DNA of 64,000 nt from Phoronis australis (lineage: Eukaryota; Animalia; Phoronida): assembly GCA_002633005.1 (NCBI GenBank), contig NMRA01000468.1, forward strand, positions 62,001 to 126,000. The letters are read 5' to 3'. This document shows, one piece after another, positions 51,094 through 64,000 of this stretch (the stretch's first letter is position 1; every line of letters begins with the position of its first letter). Under the pieces are notes generated by a model that was given only the letters and a program-made list of their open reading frames with translations, was not told the DNA's origin and searched no databases. A program made the position numbers and the translations under genes.

Positions 51094-54000
51094 ATGTGTG
51101 ACCCTGTTGACCAATCGTTGGAGGACAATAAGCCTGCGGTGACCTCTGTTGACGTCACTCCTACACAAGATGGCGGTGTGCTGAAGGAAATCCAAAGGGA
51201 GGGAGAAGGAACAGAATGTCCAGGAGTTGGTGACAAAGTCTCCGTGCATTACGTGGGAACTCTGTTGGATGGCTCAAGGTTTGACTCCAGTCGAGACCGG
51301 GGACAAAAGTTTGAATTTGATTTGGGAAAAGGTGAGAATGTGTACAATTCGGCTGGGTGTGTCGGCTGTTTTGTCAGCGGTCAGTAATCCATAACGCAAA
51401 AATGTATCATAAACATCTTAAATGTCAATTGTCATATAGTGTTTGATTTTAATTTATTTCTGTTTCTGTTGACAAAGGACGTTATTATATCCGAAAATTT
51501 CAGTTGATCCATTCTTGTTTTGTTTACCTATTTATATTCTCTATTTCTAAACTTAGTCTGCTGAGACCACAGACACGACATCTGATATGAAAACTATTTC
51601 GAAAGCTTTCATTGAGACATTTCATTATTTTTTACACCCAAACAAGATCAAGGCTTGTCGAAAGCTACATCACTCTTTAGCTGACTTCTGTGAAAGGTGT
51701 TATTTATTTCCAGGCAGTGTGATCAAAGCATGGGACCTGGGTGTTGCTACGATGAGAAAGGGCGAAGTGGCTAAACTGACATGTCGTGCAGACTACGCAT
51801 ATGGCGAGAGAGGAAGCCCTCCCAAGATTCCTGCGAATGCTACACTGGTGTTTGAAGTAGAGCTGTTCAGTTGGAAAAGTGGTAATTGGTTATGGACTCG
51901 TATTTGAAATTGGGATAAATTGAGAATGAGGCATGCGATGTTTACCGACTACAAGACTTGATATCAAGTTAAGCAAAAAAGCACACTCGTTCACAGTGCT
52001 AGTTGTTACATGGTGGCGTCACACTAGTTCACAGTGCTAGTGGTTACATGGTGGTGTCACACTAGTTCACAGTGCTAGTGGTTACATGGTGGCGTCACAC
52101 TAGTTCACAGTGCTAGTGGTTACATGGTGGCGTCACACTCGTTCACAGTGCTAGTGGTTACATGGTGGCGTCACACTAGTTCACAGTGCTAGTGGTTACA
52201 TGGTGGCTTCACACTCGTTCACAGTGCTAGTGGTTACATGGTGGCTTCACACTAGTTCACAGTGCTAGTGGTTACATGGTGACGTCTCTAAAACTGGAGC
52301 TACAATCCTCTTAACCTCAGTTCCGCGCTAGCAAACAACTATTTTGCTGTACAAATTCCATCCTGGCACCCCAAAGTCCCAATCGCTCACCAAATGCACT
52401 CAATATCGGGAGACCAAACTCCAGCATTGGTCCAGATAAGGAATCGTGTTACCATGCATGTAGATGGGTTACCAGGTATGGATTATTTCCGGCGTGTGCT
52501 TGTGTGTAGTTTAGGGGGGCAAGCCTGACATTTGTGAGCGGGTTTGGTTTTTCGTTTTCCTGGACTATGGTTTAGGAGGATTGAAGCTGGAATTTACAGT
52601 CACGGACATAGAATGGTTTCCAGCCCCTCATCTTGAGTCAGTGTAAGTTATTGTTGACACTGGCTTCAAGCTATGAGTTTTGGTCACATTTTCATTATTA
52701 TTTGCGCCATGAAGAGATTGTCATTTAGACTGTTATGGGCATTTTTTTAAATTTGTGACATAGATTTGAATTCAAATACAGCAGCTGCAATTTCATGAGG
52801 TGGCTCAAAATGGGAACATGATATGTTGTCGTGTGTACCATGTTCTGAAGGCATGATGAGAACACTGTTGTTCATACTTTTTGGCAAAACATTTTAGAAA
52901 GAAATTTTCAGACATCAGCATGTTTCACTGCTGCTACTTTAGCGCTGTCCTGTCAGACTTTCGTAAATGTTCTCCCTTCAATATCCATTTAGGGGAAGAC
53001 ATTTCACCGCAAAAAGATGAAAGTATTGTACGGCATGTGTTGAAGCAGGGAGATGGATGGAAAACACCAAACGACGGAGCGTCAGTTAAAGGTACGTGAT
53101 CATTTCCATCATGCGAGACTGTGACAACTTGCCTTGCATTATGGGTCTTCCGAATGTGAATAGCAGGGAGTGTGAAAGAATTTGCTACTCATTTTTGGTT
53201 AATATGTCGACACTTTGAATCGTTGTTTCATACGTGTGGGACCGTTGGGAAATGTTTAAAGGTGTCAAAAGGGCATGTGACCATTTTTGCTTTTACTTTA
53301 AAGTAAAAATAGGTCTCTGGTTATCTTGGAGAGACATTCATCCGTGTTTATTACTGTACACCCAGCGTGTATTTACTGTCCATGGGACGCCCTAGCAAAA
53401 TGTCCCGTGTATTGGGTTTGCATTCACTGCAATTGAACAAACATGTTAATCCTATTCGCCTATGCAGGTTATTCATGTCTGCTCAGTGAAAACGAATGCA
53501 GAACCAAGATGGGGACACTTTGCTGGGGTCTTTATGTCACTTTCAGTTGTTCCATATATAGTACGTTTGTACCAAATGAAAACAGCAATTAAACAGATGT
53601 CTCATGGAGATAAACCTGTGATCTGCATTTTTGCTAAGGGTAACATCAAAAACGGCTCCTTTCCCCTTTAAAAGTGAGACAGTATCTACCTTCGGTGCCC
53701 CAAGAACCTGTACCTCCATGACGATATGTGTTGGAATAGCTCAGCTGGAAAAACATAATGTCTGTCAACTCCACCTGGCCTGGACGTACTACGATTTTTG
53801 AAAATTAGTGGGCTAAAAATTCTCCAATTTTGAACAGTCACTAATGATTTCTCAAATATCAGACACTATTTTGTATTAGCAGAGTTTGAAAATAGACTAG
53901 TTAGTGCACAGCATTGTCAACACACACCAACGGAACATTTTCATTCAGACCCCTGTGCCTAAATATGTGCAGTATCACTGAGCCGTGAATGTCTATAATT

Positions 54001-57000
54001 ATACAACATTTCACCAAGTTAGGGATATTGATGGTCTTATTTACCACTTTTATCTAGCCACAACTGAATTTTTTGGAAAAGTAACGATAATTTCTTTTCT
54101 TTGTCTGTTTCAGTGCATATTATCGGTCGGCACAACGATCAGACTTTTGAAGACCGTGAACTCGAATTCAACATCGGTGAGGGCTTTGAGCATGGAGTCG
54201 TCGAGGGTGTAGAGATTGCGCTCAAGAAGTTTAAAAAAGGCGAAAGGTCAAAGATAGTTATAAAATCTGGGTACGCATTCGGGGTAGAGGGTAATGCGGA
54301 CTACAACATTCCTGGAAACGAAGTTGTGCAGTACGAGTTGACATTGCTTGAGTTTGAAAAGGTGAGTTTGTTTAGTGATCTTTGTTACACTTGTCAATTC
54401 TAGTCGACTAGCAAATGTCAAAACTTTGTTCTTATTACCGAGTGAGCCCTTTTTAATTTGATGCTGGTAATACCGTGACTGGTGATGTTTTTTGGACGTC
54501 TTTTACAAAAGTGATGCCCCCTAGGTGCAATTTTGTTTTTCTCCCATCCCTAGTTGTTTCCCCGAAACCCCTTTTATGAAATTAGGCAAGTGTATTTCTA
54601 TGAATGTGACCACTGATGAGTACAACTTTCAAGTATATACGACTATTGTTGTGCTCCTAGTGGCAATTTCATTTTCAACGTTTTCCACTTTCTTTAGAAT
54701 TCCTTGACTAATTTTCATAAATTTCCAGAAGTACCTTTGAAAAGGGAGAACACTGCTTTTCTGCTTTAAATAATCTTAAAAATTCGGTCTCAGAGAGTGT
54801 AACTAATTTATTCAATTTTCTGTTTTTGTCACTGTTTTGTTGTGATGATAACGCATAGTGTAAGGGTCACACTACAGATTTGTTATGGATTTTGTCATAG
54901 GCAAAAGAATCATGGGAAATGGATGCCGAAGAAAAACTTGAGCAATCAGAGGTTGTGAAGACGAAGGGAACTAATCTATTCAAGGTAATGTCAATGTGAG
55001 AATACAGTGAAGTGGAACTTACTCCAACTCAAGAGGTGGACACAATATGACTGCTGTATTCATGATCATAGTCCCTCACTTACAAATAGGGTTCATGGCC
55101 CCCATAAACTCTGTTTGTGAACTTGTGCCCATAGTCACAAACACACTCACCAACTGCCAAACCACGGCGCCGTACTCGCAAAATATGGCTTACGCATCCA
55201 AATTTAGGTCACGTGCTCGCAAACATGGCGACTGCACAGTTCGCTGTACATATGAGACGTGATTATAAGTTAGGAGTTACGTAGGTTTGTTAGTGCGACA
55301 GTCATGTTGTTTCCACCCCTTGAGTGGATGAAAATGTTTCGGTTTTACAATGTTTCGGTTAAAAAGTAACTTGTTGCCTTGAGAATTGTAGCCATGAAAA
55401 TGACATGATCTCAGTCTATTTTTCTATCAATTGGTGTGCAGAAATTCTCATTTAACTTTTAGATTTTTACCCAACACAGTATGAAACCTCTCTCCTTAAG
55501 TTACTCCTGCAACTTGAACTGACGCACAGACAGATGGTGTTATGACATTCTCTTCATGTGTTTTATAACCACAGGCTGGAAAATTCAAACTAGCCATCAC
55601 GCAATACACGAAAATTGTTGACTGGTTGAAAGACGAGTCGGGATTGTCAGACGAACAGGAGGCGAAACGCAAGACTCTGCTATTAGCTGGTCATCTCAAC
55701 ATGGCGTTGTGTTACCTCAAGACCAACGACCAGTTCCATGCAATCAAGTCCTGTGACGAGGCACTCAAGCTGGACCAGAAGAGTGAGAAGGGACTGTTCC
55801 GCAGGGGCCAGGTAGGGGCTGGTTGATGTAGGGACGTGACTACCACGTTGTGGAGTTGAGCTAACATGTATTCAGAAAGTGATTGGAACAGACCGGTTTG
55901 TTGGGGTAGTTCTTCACTCATTTAGCAGACAATACGGCGCACAAGTGCAATTTGTCAAAATTCTCAAATAAAATAAAATCAAGAAAATTCCAGTTTATCA
56001 TTAGCTTGGTTGGTGCTGTGTAGATGTCGTAAAGTAACTTTTGGCTAAGTTTCCATTATTTGCAACATGCAAATCGACCGTTAGAAGACAGAAAAATGAC
56101 AATTTTGGCAATAATATAAATCAAGCATCTTTGTTCATGGTATACAGTTATTGTGCCTTATGACATACAAAGCCACATCACACAATATTACCTATTGTAT
56201 AGTTTCAAAGCAATTAAGCTAGCTTTGGCGTGGCCCACTGTCTGGTGCGTTCTTGCAGAAAAAGCTACTGTTCACTCGTGGTTTGTGTGTGTGTGTGTGT
56301 GCATGTGTAGTGTGGTTGGTGAGTTGGTAAGATTTGTTATCCAGTAGCGGTGTTTCCTGTTCCCATGTTTTATGTCACGCATTCATTGTGTTACATTGAA
56401 TGATGAGACTAAATAGTCGAGAATGCTCGTTACCTCAACAAAGGGCTGTAATGAACAGTTAAAATTATGCAATACGAAGGAAAGTTGTGTTTTAAACCAC
56501 CAAAACATCTTCATGAGGTTTTGTATCAAAAATTGACCTTTTGAGCTAAAGAGGCTTAAGATTATCCCATTAGAGCAGTTTTTGTAGATCTCTAAGGAGT
56601 TAGGATAACATATTTTTCTGGTGATTTTGAATGAATTGGTAACTAGTCGGGTAATCATCCCTTTCACGTCCATTGTAGGCTTACTTGGAATGTAACGAGT
56701 TCGAAAAGGCCGTGGCTGATTTCAAAAAAGTTCTTGAGATTGACCCTGAAAACAAAACTGCCAAAAACAAGTTGACTGTCGCACAACACAAAATAAAACA
56801 GCAACGAGAGAAGGATAAGAGAACGTATGCTGGAATGTTCACAAAGTTTGCTGCAGCCGACGCAAAAGTAAGTGACCTCTGTTGGGAGGAGATGTTTTTT
56901 CTAGATTTGTCATAAGCCATTTGCTTTGTTCGTGACATTTTTGATGAATGTTTTCAGCTTGTCTTTTTATTCAGAAAATACTTCAAACGGTCAACCAAAA

Positions 57001-58804
57001 GCCTTGTGGATCAACTCTTAAAACACAAGCCTGGGAACACATAGGGGTCACAAAGGTCATCTGTGCTCTAGTGCCATTCTCTTGCTCATTTATATCTGTG
57101 CATGCCAGTCAAAGGACTATCACCAATTGTACAGTCACAAATGTATCACGCTTTTACGGTTATCCAAGACATTTTTGATATATTAGCAAAGAACTTGAAA
57201 CTCGGATTGTCTCAAACTTGTGGTTAAAAGTGGCAAATATGATTACTTGAACTCAACTGAATGTGTATATCGAGCATTCACGTTATTCATATCACGGTCG
57301 TGACTCGTGTGTGTTATTTCAAGAAATCCAGTCACGAGAGCCGATCCGCAGCACTAGAGGAGCCTATTGGCGAGTGGTCGAATGAGATGGCAGAGGGCAT
57401 GATGCCTCTTCAGGAGGAAGTGGCGGCCTTTGGCGAACAAATGCCCGAACGTGCCCCCACGGGTCTTAACAATGTTATAGAGGAGTGACAATCTCGAGGT
57501 TAGAATGTAGGGCTTGTTATTGAGTTTTTAAAGCCCAGTGCAGCACCCTGAGTTGTTGTCTTCACTTTCTGTTCACCTGGGCATGGAATATAATCTTTTT
57601 ACTCAAAATCAAACTCAAAAATATATTTGTCATTTTCCGTTCTCCTTTAATACAAACTTAAGACAATTAGTTATAGGAATGTTTAGCACTACGTTGTTAT
57701 GATGTTTTGGACCCAATCTTACGCCATGTCTATTCTTATTTCCGGGTTTAAATTGCGTCATCTACTGCCATGACACGTTATCACTAAACATCATGGATTA
57801 CTCAAATCACTGTTTAATACAAATTCACTCTTGATGATCTCTAGAGTCGAGCTAAAAACTCGAGTAAACACTTCATTTCGAGTAAAAACTCCAGATTTCG
57901 ATTTCACGTGTATAGCTTTAATGCGAATGTCATCAAATGCTGCAAAATAACATAATACATTTACCCATGTAAACAATAAGGTGCATGAGCACAGAACACA
58001 GAACCGTTACTAGGAGTTCATACCAATGTAGAAAGGAAAATGTTAGAAATTATTTCAAGTTCAATTTCGTGTAACAAGATTAGACAATGAGCCGTGATTT
58101 CTTGTAATGCCTTCTGTTCATGCCTGGAAGTATTATGTTGAAAGTGAACAGCCTTACTGGGGAAAGGCAGTGTTTGTTTCAACACAGTTTTTGGAGTAAG
58201 AACTTGGCTGTGGTTGAGTTAAATTTAGGCAACATTGTTGATCAGGCAGTTTGGTACTTGGGTCTTCGTTAACATTCATGACAAAATAGTTTTGTTGGCC
58301 TACAGAAACATCCAGATTTCCCAGGCATTCTAAATATGGTCTTCTGTACGCCATTTTGTTTTTGGGGTGGAACTCTATGTCAAGGTTTTTCTACAGTGGC
58401 TAACTAGGACGTTATTTTCCAGGAGATCAAATGTAGATTAATGATTGCTCCTGTGATAAGATGCTCCATTGTAAAGTTGTATTTCAGTTTCAATATGACC
58501 TCTGAAACGGTGCTGGTGGGCTTTGAAAAGATTTTTTAAGTTGTAGAATTTGGCATCATTGTAACTCTGTTGCAAAAGCATTTTGTAGTGTTGCTGTGTT
58601 TAAAAAAATTGGTTTTCTTTTTCGTTTTCAGAGAAATGATTATTTCGTTTTATTCACGGTGTTGATTGCTCTGCATTATTCAATTTCTGTTATTTGTAGA
58701 AAAAGACTGAAGACGAGTCTACAGCCAAAGAAAATGGCAGTGAATCACATGAATCTGATGGAGCTGCCCCCTGCAGTGAGGGTACAATGGACACGGGTGC
58801 CTAG
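51094..58804 (+). CDS. FKBP4: FKBP4/FKBP52-type peptidyl-prolyl isomerase (two FKBP domains plus TPR); exons 51094-51331, 51714-51881, 52993-53091, 54114-54361, 54901-54984, 55575-55811, 56679-56867, then 57324-57488 or 58700-58804
   Basis: [11 protein letters not shown]...[35 protein letters not shown]|[17 protein letters not shown]...[24 protein letters not shown]; [23 protein letters not shown]; [10 protein letters not shown]...[10 protein letters not shown]; GT-AG introns with consistent phases. FKBP4 versus FKBP5 orthology cannot be resolved in an invertebrate. Confidence 0.95.
51982..52285 (+). repeat. 38-bp minisatellite, 8 copies, in an FKBP4 intron
   Basis: (CACACTAGTTCACAGTGCTAGTGGTTACATGGTGGCGT) x8, head-to-tail with no spacers. 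Confidence 0.95.
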
Positions 58805-59943
58805 TCACTGTAAACGTACCTCAAAATAGTGAATAGGATATAGAGTTTTGCTATGATCAATAGTTAATTGCATACTGACTGTGTACCATGTAGGTTATCC
58901 TATGAATGTGGATTAATGTCATTTTTACTTAGCTTCTGCAAAATTATGCCTTGCCCTGTAGTGATTTTCGTATTAGTTTTGGAAAATTTGCAATTGTTCA
59001 TGTATCACAGGTTACGAAAAATTAACTCACATTGCATTTTAATTATGCTATTCTTGATCTTCATGCCGTCTGGTGGTCACATCCTCCTTAAAAAGATTAC
59101 CGAGTCCACATCAGCTGAGACCTGGAAGTCTGTGGTCGTTGTACAGACTCTTTAGTGCACGGAGTAATCAAGACCATGCTTTGACCTCAAATGAAACCAA
59201 ATCCGACCTGTTTCAGTGAATGCATTCTGTGTTAAGTCTTGACTGTAAAGGAATATGGATGTATTCCATGTTAGTGAGTATCTACAAAATGTATCTGTAT
59301 CTGAGTTATAATTACATTCTGGAGTATTTGTATATATTGTATTATGTAGCCTTGTCCAAACATTATGTTTTATCTGTCTCATCTGTAGATTTCCATGTGT
59401 TCATCTTCCAGTGCCGTATGTTTTAAGGAAACTATTGATGTCTATTTTGAGATTTTATAAACTCATTTTGAATAAGTAAGGTTAAAGTTGAACTGACAGT
59501 CACACCGGCTGGTCAGAATAGCCAAGTTCAAACTGAAATGTAGTAAGAATGATGTCGTTTGTTGAGCCAAAAATAGCACATATGGCCTCCATCCCATCCA
59601 CAGCATATCCATAGAAAACACTAACTTGCATAGTAAACTAACCGCATTTAATGTTTGTTCATAGGCTAAAACTAGCGTGAGTGTCTTTTTAATATCAATA
59701 TCCTTTGATAAATGTTTATTTCCCCTTTGTGTGACAAAAGAATTTGCAATTTTACGAAACGTTGTGTACTCTCAGGTCGTGGTTTCTGTTGTGTCTTTTC
59801 ATGAGTGTACAAGTAGATTGCTGCTGTTCATAGGCAGAAAATTTTTCTGCAATTTTGTATTTTTAGCATAAGTTGTGAACACGAGATCGATTCTTTGCCA
59901 TAATACTAAGATGGCATATTTTGTATGGTGTGCCATTTCATCA

Positions 59944-60040
59944 CATGGGCGGCGCCCCGTAAGGGACATTTTTTCAGTTCTGTGCCGCCCATGGTCTATG
60001 AACAGTGCACCACACTTTTTTCAGTGCTGCACCGCCCGTG
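59944..60040. mobile_element. Very short CATGGGCGG...CCGCCCATG element family; also at ~6748-6819, ~40505-40529 and ~49264-49330
   Basis: Recurrent ttttcagtgctgc.ccgcccatg end and inverted catgggcg start. Confidence 0.55.
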
Positions 60041-62538
60041 CATCATGTGTGTAATTCTGTCATTGACGTGTTTTGCAATATTCTGTTTGTCTGTAATGTG
60101 TGTACTATCAAAATAGCAATTTGTTAATGTTTATTTTTTTGGAATTATGTGACAAAGTGATCACTTTATGTGACTGGATCATTGTTTACAATAGAGCAGC
60201 TCAAACTAAAACTTCTTGATTGAATTTCATAGGTCATGAACTACCCTGGGATGTGTTATGGGCCTATACTTAAAAGTATTGACATTCAGACCTAATCACC
60301 CAGATAAGTGAAGTCTAGTCTCCCTATTCTGTTGCTCAGGCAGTTTCCTCAGTATAGGTTGAGTCATATCAAAGAAAATGTTGCAGTGCCCCTATTTCTC
60401 TTTTAACACATTTTTTAGCATTACAATTGTGAAAAAAGTTCAAATTTCAATGACTGGTTTAGTTTTTATGCATCCACGCATTTATATATGTGCATTTTGC
60501 CTGTCGATATCCGCTGTGCCCTCTAGTGGCAATTTAAATTTTTTATGTTCACCTTTGTATGGAGTTCCTTCGGCGAATTTTCATGAAATTTAGCAAATAC
60601 ATAGCATTTAAAGAGACAACGATGTCTTCTTACTTATGGACGAATTAGACGTATTCTGCGTCACTTAGTAGCGTTCTTACTGTTTTCGAATCTCGTTTCT
60701 GGTGATTGCCTCTTGGCCAAACCACGTTACAGATGATTACGAAAACTGGTATGTGTGTTTCCACTGGGAGGAGGACTACTGACAAGGATTTTTAGAAGGC
60801 TCGGAGTACTGTGGCACTTAGTAGCAGTTTTTTTTGCGTCTATGGCTGTATCTAATAAATGCCTTGCAGGAACTCCATCAAATTTGACTTGTCACAACTG
60901 CTGGGTGCTACTTTTGGACGGATCCCAGGACTACTTTGTCCTAAACTAATAACAGTTTTCCTCTATATCTTTGTTGTCCTTGAAAGGTTTACCCGAAATT
61001 TGGCAAATAGGTTTCTATTAAGGAGACGGTGACATTCTGCCATTTTCGGATAAATTCGAAGTATTGTGCTCCAGATGGATATTTCTATCGCTTGATATGT
61101 TGTCCTGACATCCCCATATTCCTTGTCCGATCTAATACATCAGTACAACTAAAATGCAGCCGATACTAAAACGTGTTACAACGAGCTCAAAATGACACAG
61201 ATGTCGCTGGTGGTGAACTGTGGTAGCATAAGTGTAAGCCAGACCAAAATGTGCTCAGTTTTGGGAGTAAATACACCTGTATCATGCTGTATTGAGTATT
61301 ATATCGTCTCGTGGAACGCCCCCTCACGGAAATGTCTGCTTAACTGACCATTTAGAACGCAGCATTATTGACACACCTTCTTTTCCAAGCCGCCATTTTA
61401 CCCGACAAACAACACGTTGCCGGGTAAAACTTATTGTTTGTCAGTCGACATTACGCAAGAGGGCGGAGCTTGCGATAGGTCAATTATAAATTGGCCGTTC
61501 TGTTACGCCGCGAAAGGGATTATCACATTTCCGACGTTTGCTTCGGTGATTGTTAAAAACTCGCGAGAAATAATCCTGAGGTTATAACTACTGAAGATGA
61601 ACTCAGTTATGAATTATTTCACATAAACGAATAAATTTAAGTTAGTGTAAGGCCGAGCCTCCGGATCAATCTGGCATTGCAGTGGGGGATGTCGGGACTT
61701 ACGGAGTGCTTTCAGAAACTAATCCGCATGGGAGCTGCGACGTTGGCCAAGGCGCCAGGACAGACACCAGGGGTGTCCTGGGGCATAAATTATTGCTCCA
61801 TACTACAAGTAATTTGTAAAGAATAAAGTCCTATGTTATATACAACAAATCATTTTTGTACAAAACCCTGTTACAGCTCCTAGTATGTGAACCTTGCGCT
61901 TTCTTTAGATAACAAAATTATTATTATATGATAGATTCATTGTCCACACACCCATTACCTCGACGGACACATTTTGAACTAGTGAGAGGAATAGTTGCCT
62001 CCTCGGCGCAATCCTGGGTACGGGCCTGTGTATGCCTGCGGCATCCAGCGAGAGCCTAATCAAATGGCCATATGAAAGACCTCGTCGTCGTTGGCCTAAT
62101 AATACGTACAATACACAGCCAGTCTCCGCCCGGTTGCGCCAAACGGTCACGATGATAGGGACACTTCTAAATTTACCTAATAAATACTATTTCTGTATAT
62201 CATGAACGTCTTTGTGTATTCACAGATGTTATGTTTCTTATATGGACTCCTGTTTGACAAAAAGCTGAATATTTTCAAAAAACAACGTGAGAACTGTGAG
62301 ACCTTTTTTCAATAAATATAGGGACTTTTCCCGTTAATTAAGATCGTTACATAAAAAATTCTATGATTTATTTTCAATGATACTAATAATTCAATCTATA
62401 GTTTATTTAGGTGAACATTAAACCTTAAAACTGTGTTAGGAACGAAAACAAAACATTATATGGTTGGTTGCCACAAATGCTGTAAAGGGTAAAGGAGCAA
62501 TTGTTGAGTGTGGCCTATTTCACATACAGGGTATTGTA

Positions 62539-62611
62539 GGGCGCGTGGCCCAATGGACAAGGCGCCTGACTACGGATCAGGAGATTCCAGGTTCGACTCC
62601 TGGCGTGCTCG
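62539..62611 (+). tRNA. tRNA-Arg (anticodon ACG)
   Basis: Full cloverleaf: acceptor GGGCGCG/CGTGCTC, anticodon arm CCTGA-CTACGGA-TCAGG, T arm CCAGG-TTCGACT-CCTGG; Pol III T5 terminator immediately downstream. Confidence 0.95.
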
Positions 62612-63037
62612 ACTTTTTGCATCCTATACTTCGATACACCTGATAAAAGTGGTCCATTCTACGAATATGAAATACACAATCCAGGATGGTTTACAACAGC
62701 GAAAATGTTTTCACAATAGTCGAAATGCCTCAATGCCAAATTAGCAAGTGAATCTGTTCGTGCCAACCACTTCTCAATCAGCCTGTGGGCCGCCGCACGA
62801 CAGAATATTTCAGTCAGAGAAGTTCATCCCCGTCAGATGTTCTAGAATTTACCATATTCAGCAATTACAGGTGTACCTATGATTCATGAGTTGGGTGGTC
62901 GGCATTTTAATTGCTTTCTCGTAAAAATCATCTCGACTTAGGAATGGAAATAAAGCAACATTACCAGTTCGGGGAGGGTTTGCAAAAGTTCACAAATGCA
63001 GTGAAAATTCCAAAAATATTTCTGCGTATTCTCAAGA

Positions 63038-63110
63038 CGGTGCGTTGCCAAATGGACATGGTGCTTTACTACGCATCAGGGTATTCCAGGTTCGACTCCT
63101 GGCGTGCTCC
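63038..63110 (+). pseudogene. Degenerate tRNA-Arg(ACG) copy
   Basis: The 3' part (attccaggttcgactcctggcgtgctc) is identical to the upstream tRNA; D and anticodon stems are mutated. Confidence 0.8.
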
Positions 63111-64000
63111 GTTTTATTTTTCGTTTTAGTTTCCCTCCTTCAAGTCCGTTCCTGAAAAAAGTTGTTCTACGAATATAAATTATACAACCCAGGTGTAGCC
63201 ATAGCAACAAAAGAGTCACACCACAGACTGTGGCCCACAGGACGAAATAAACGTTTGAGAACACAACGGATATGGTATTGGGATGTTTGGCGGAGCGAAG
63301 GTCCCTCGGCTCTGAGGAACGGTGGGTAGTTGGGCCCCCATTAACGTAGATTCGGTTTTGGAGGCCCAGGTTACCGCGTCAGTGAGCCCGGCCCCAACGA
63401 TGAACAACAAAAAACGAAGGCACCGTATGCCGTTCTATGCGCTTACGCGGACAACGATTTATTTCGGACTTTCGTTGGATGAGACCCGTTCCATCCTTCA
63501 ACATTCCTGTAAATCCGCCCGAGTAAGGCTCTTCAACATCTCGTCTATGGCAAAACATATTGGTGTGAATAAACTGCAACTATTTTGCTCGTAAGCATCA
63601 CGGATAAAAGAAAACAGGTGTGAGTTCCAATCGATTTGTTTCAAAACTGACGCCGGCTGAAAGACAAGTGGGCGGACTAGAGTCATCCGAACTTCAAAAA
63701 CATGTCATCTGAGATAAATTTCAATTTTTCCGAGCGGTGCAGCGATTGCAATCTCTTTTAGTAACAACAGAGCTCTAAGTAGCCCCCCATTTGGCGAAGG
63801 GGACAAAAATGTCCGCCACAGAGAAACAAAAAGTCCGAGAAAACGAGACAGAAGTACACTAGAGCAAAAATTCGGTGAATGCACAGTTCATAGCTCTGAA
63901 CGTCCCCAGTTTTCCAGGAAGAAGTCCGCATTCTCAAAAATTCGAACCTATATATTTTAGGCTGAGTGCGCGCATGGAAAAGTTTCTTCCAAAAAAATTA

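Noticed and set aside
51982-52285. CRISPR-like array
   Set aside because: The 38-bp units are head-to-tail with no unique spacers, there are no cas genes, and it lies in a eukaryotic intron
61620-63690. GC-richer patches around the tRNAs, with a faint SAP-like stretch (LKSLTRADLQEC)
   Set aside because: Interrupted by stops; no family could be assigned from the sequence alone

Overview
Eukaryotic, intron-rich, AT-rich genomic DNA that looks like an invertebrate animal; there is an N-gap at 10080-10411. Genes reconstructed by hand from splice sites and reading-frame phase: (1) two tandem PLAC8/cornifelin-family genes (last exon of one at 1404-1550, and a complete 4-coding-exon gene at 9454-19700); (2) two paralogous 3-exon genes (34683-36866 and 44059-46754) in an ~8-kb tandem duplication, each encoding a signal peptide, a strongly acidic propeptide and an extremely Arg-rich six-cysteine domain with cystine-knot-like (Spaetzle/NGF-type) spacing, which is the most interesting item here; (3) an FKBP4/FKBP52-type immunophilin with two candidate alternative last exons; (4) a tRNA-Arg(ACG) gene and a decayed copy. 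The rest is mostly transposon debris: a THAP/KolX (Kolobok-like) element nested in a decayed integrase-core gene, MITEs, Helentron/DINE-like elements, an RNase H LINE remnant, a Penelope-type hammerhead palindrome, and minisatellites. All family assignments come from motif recognition, not database searches.
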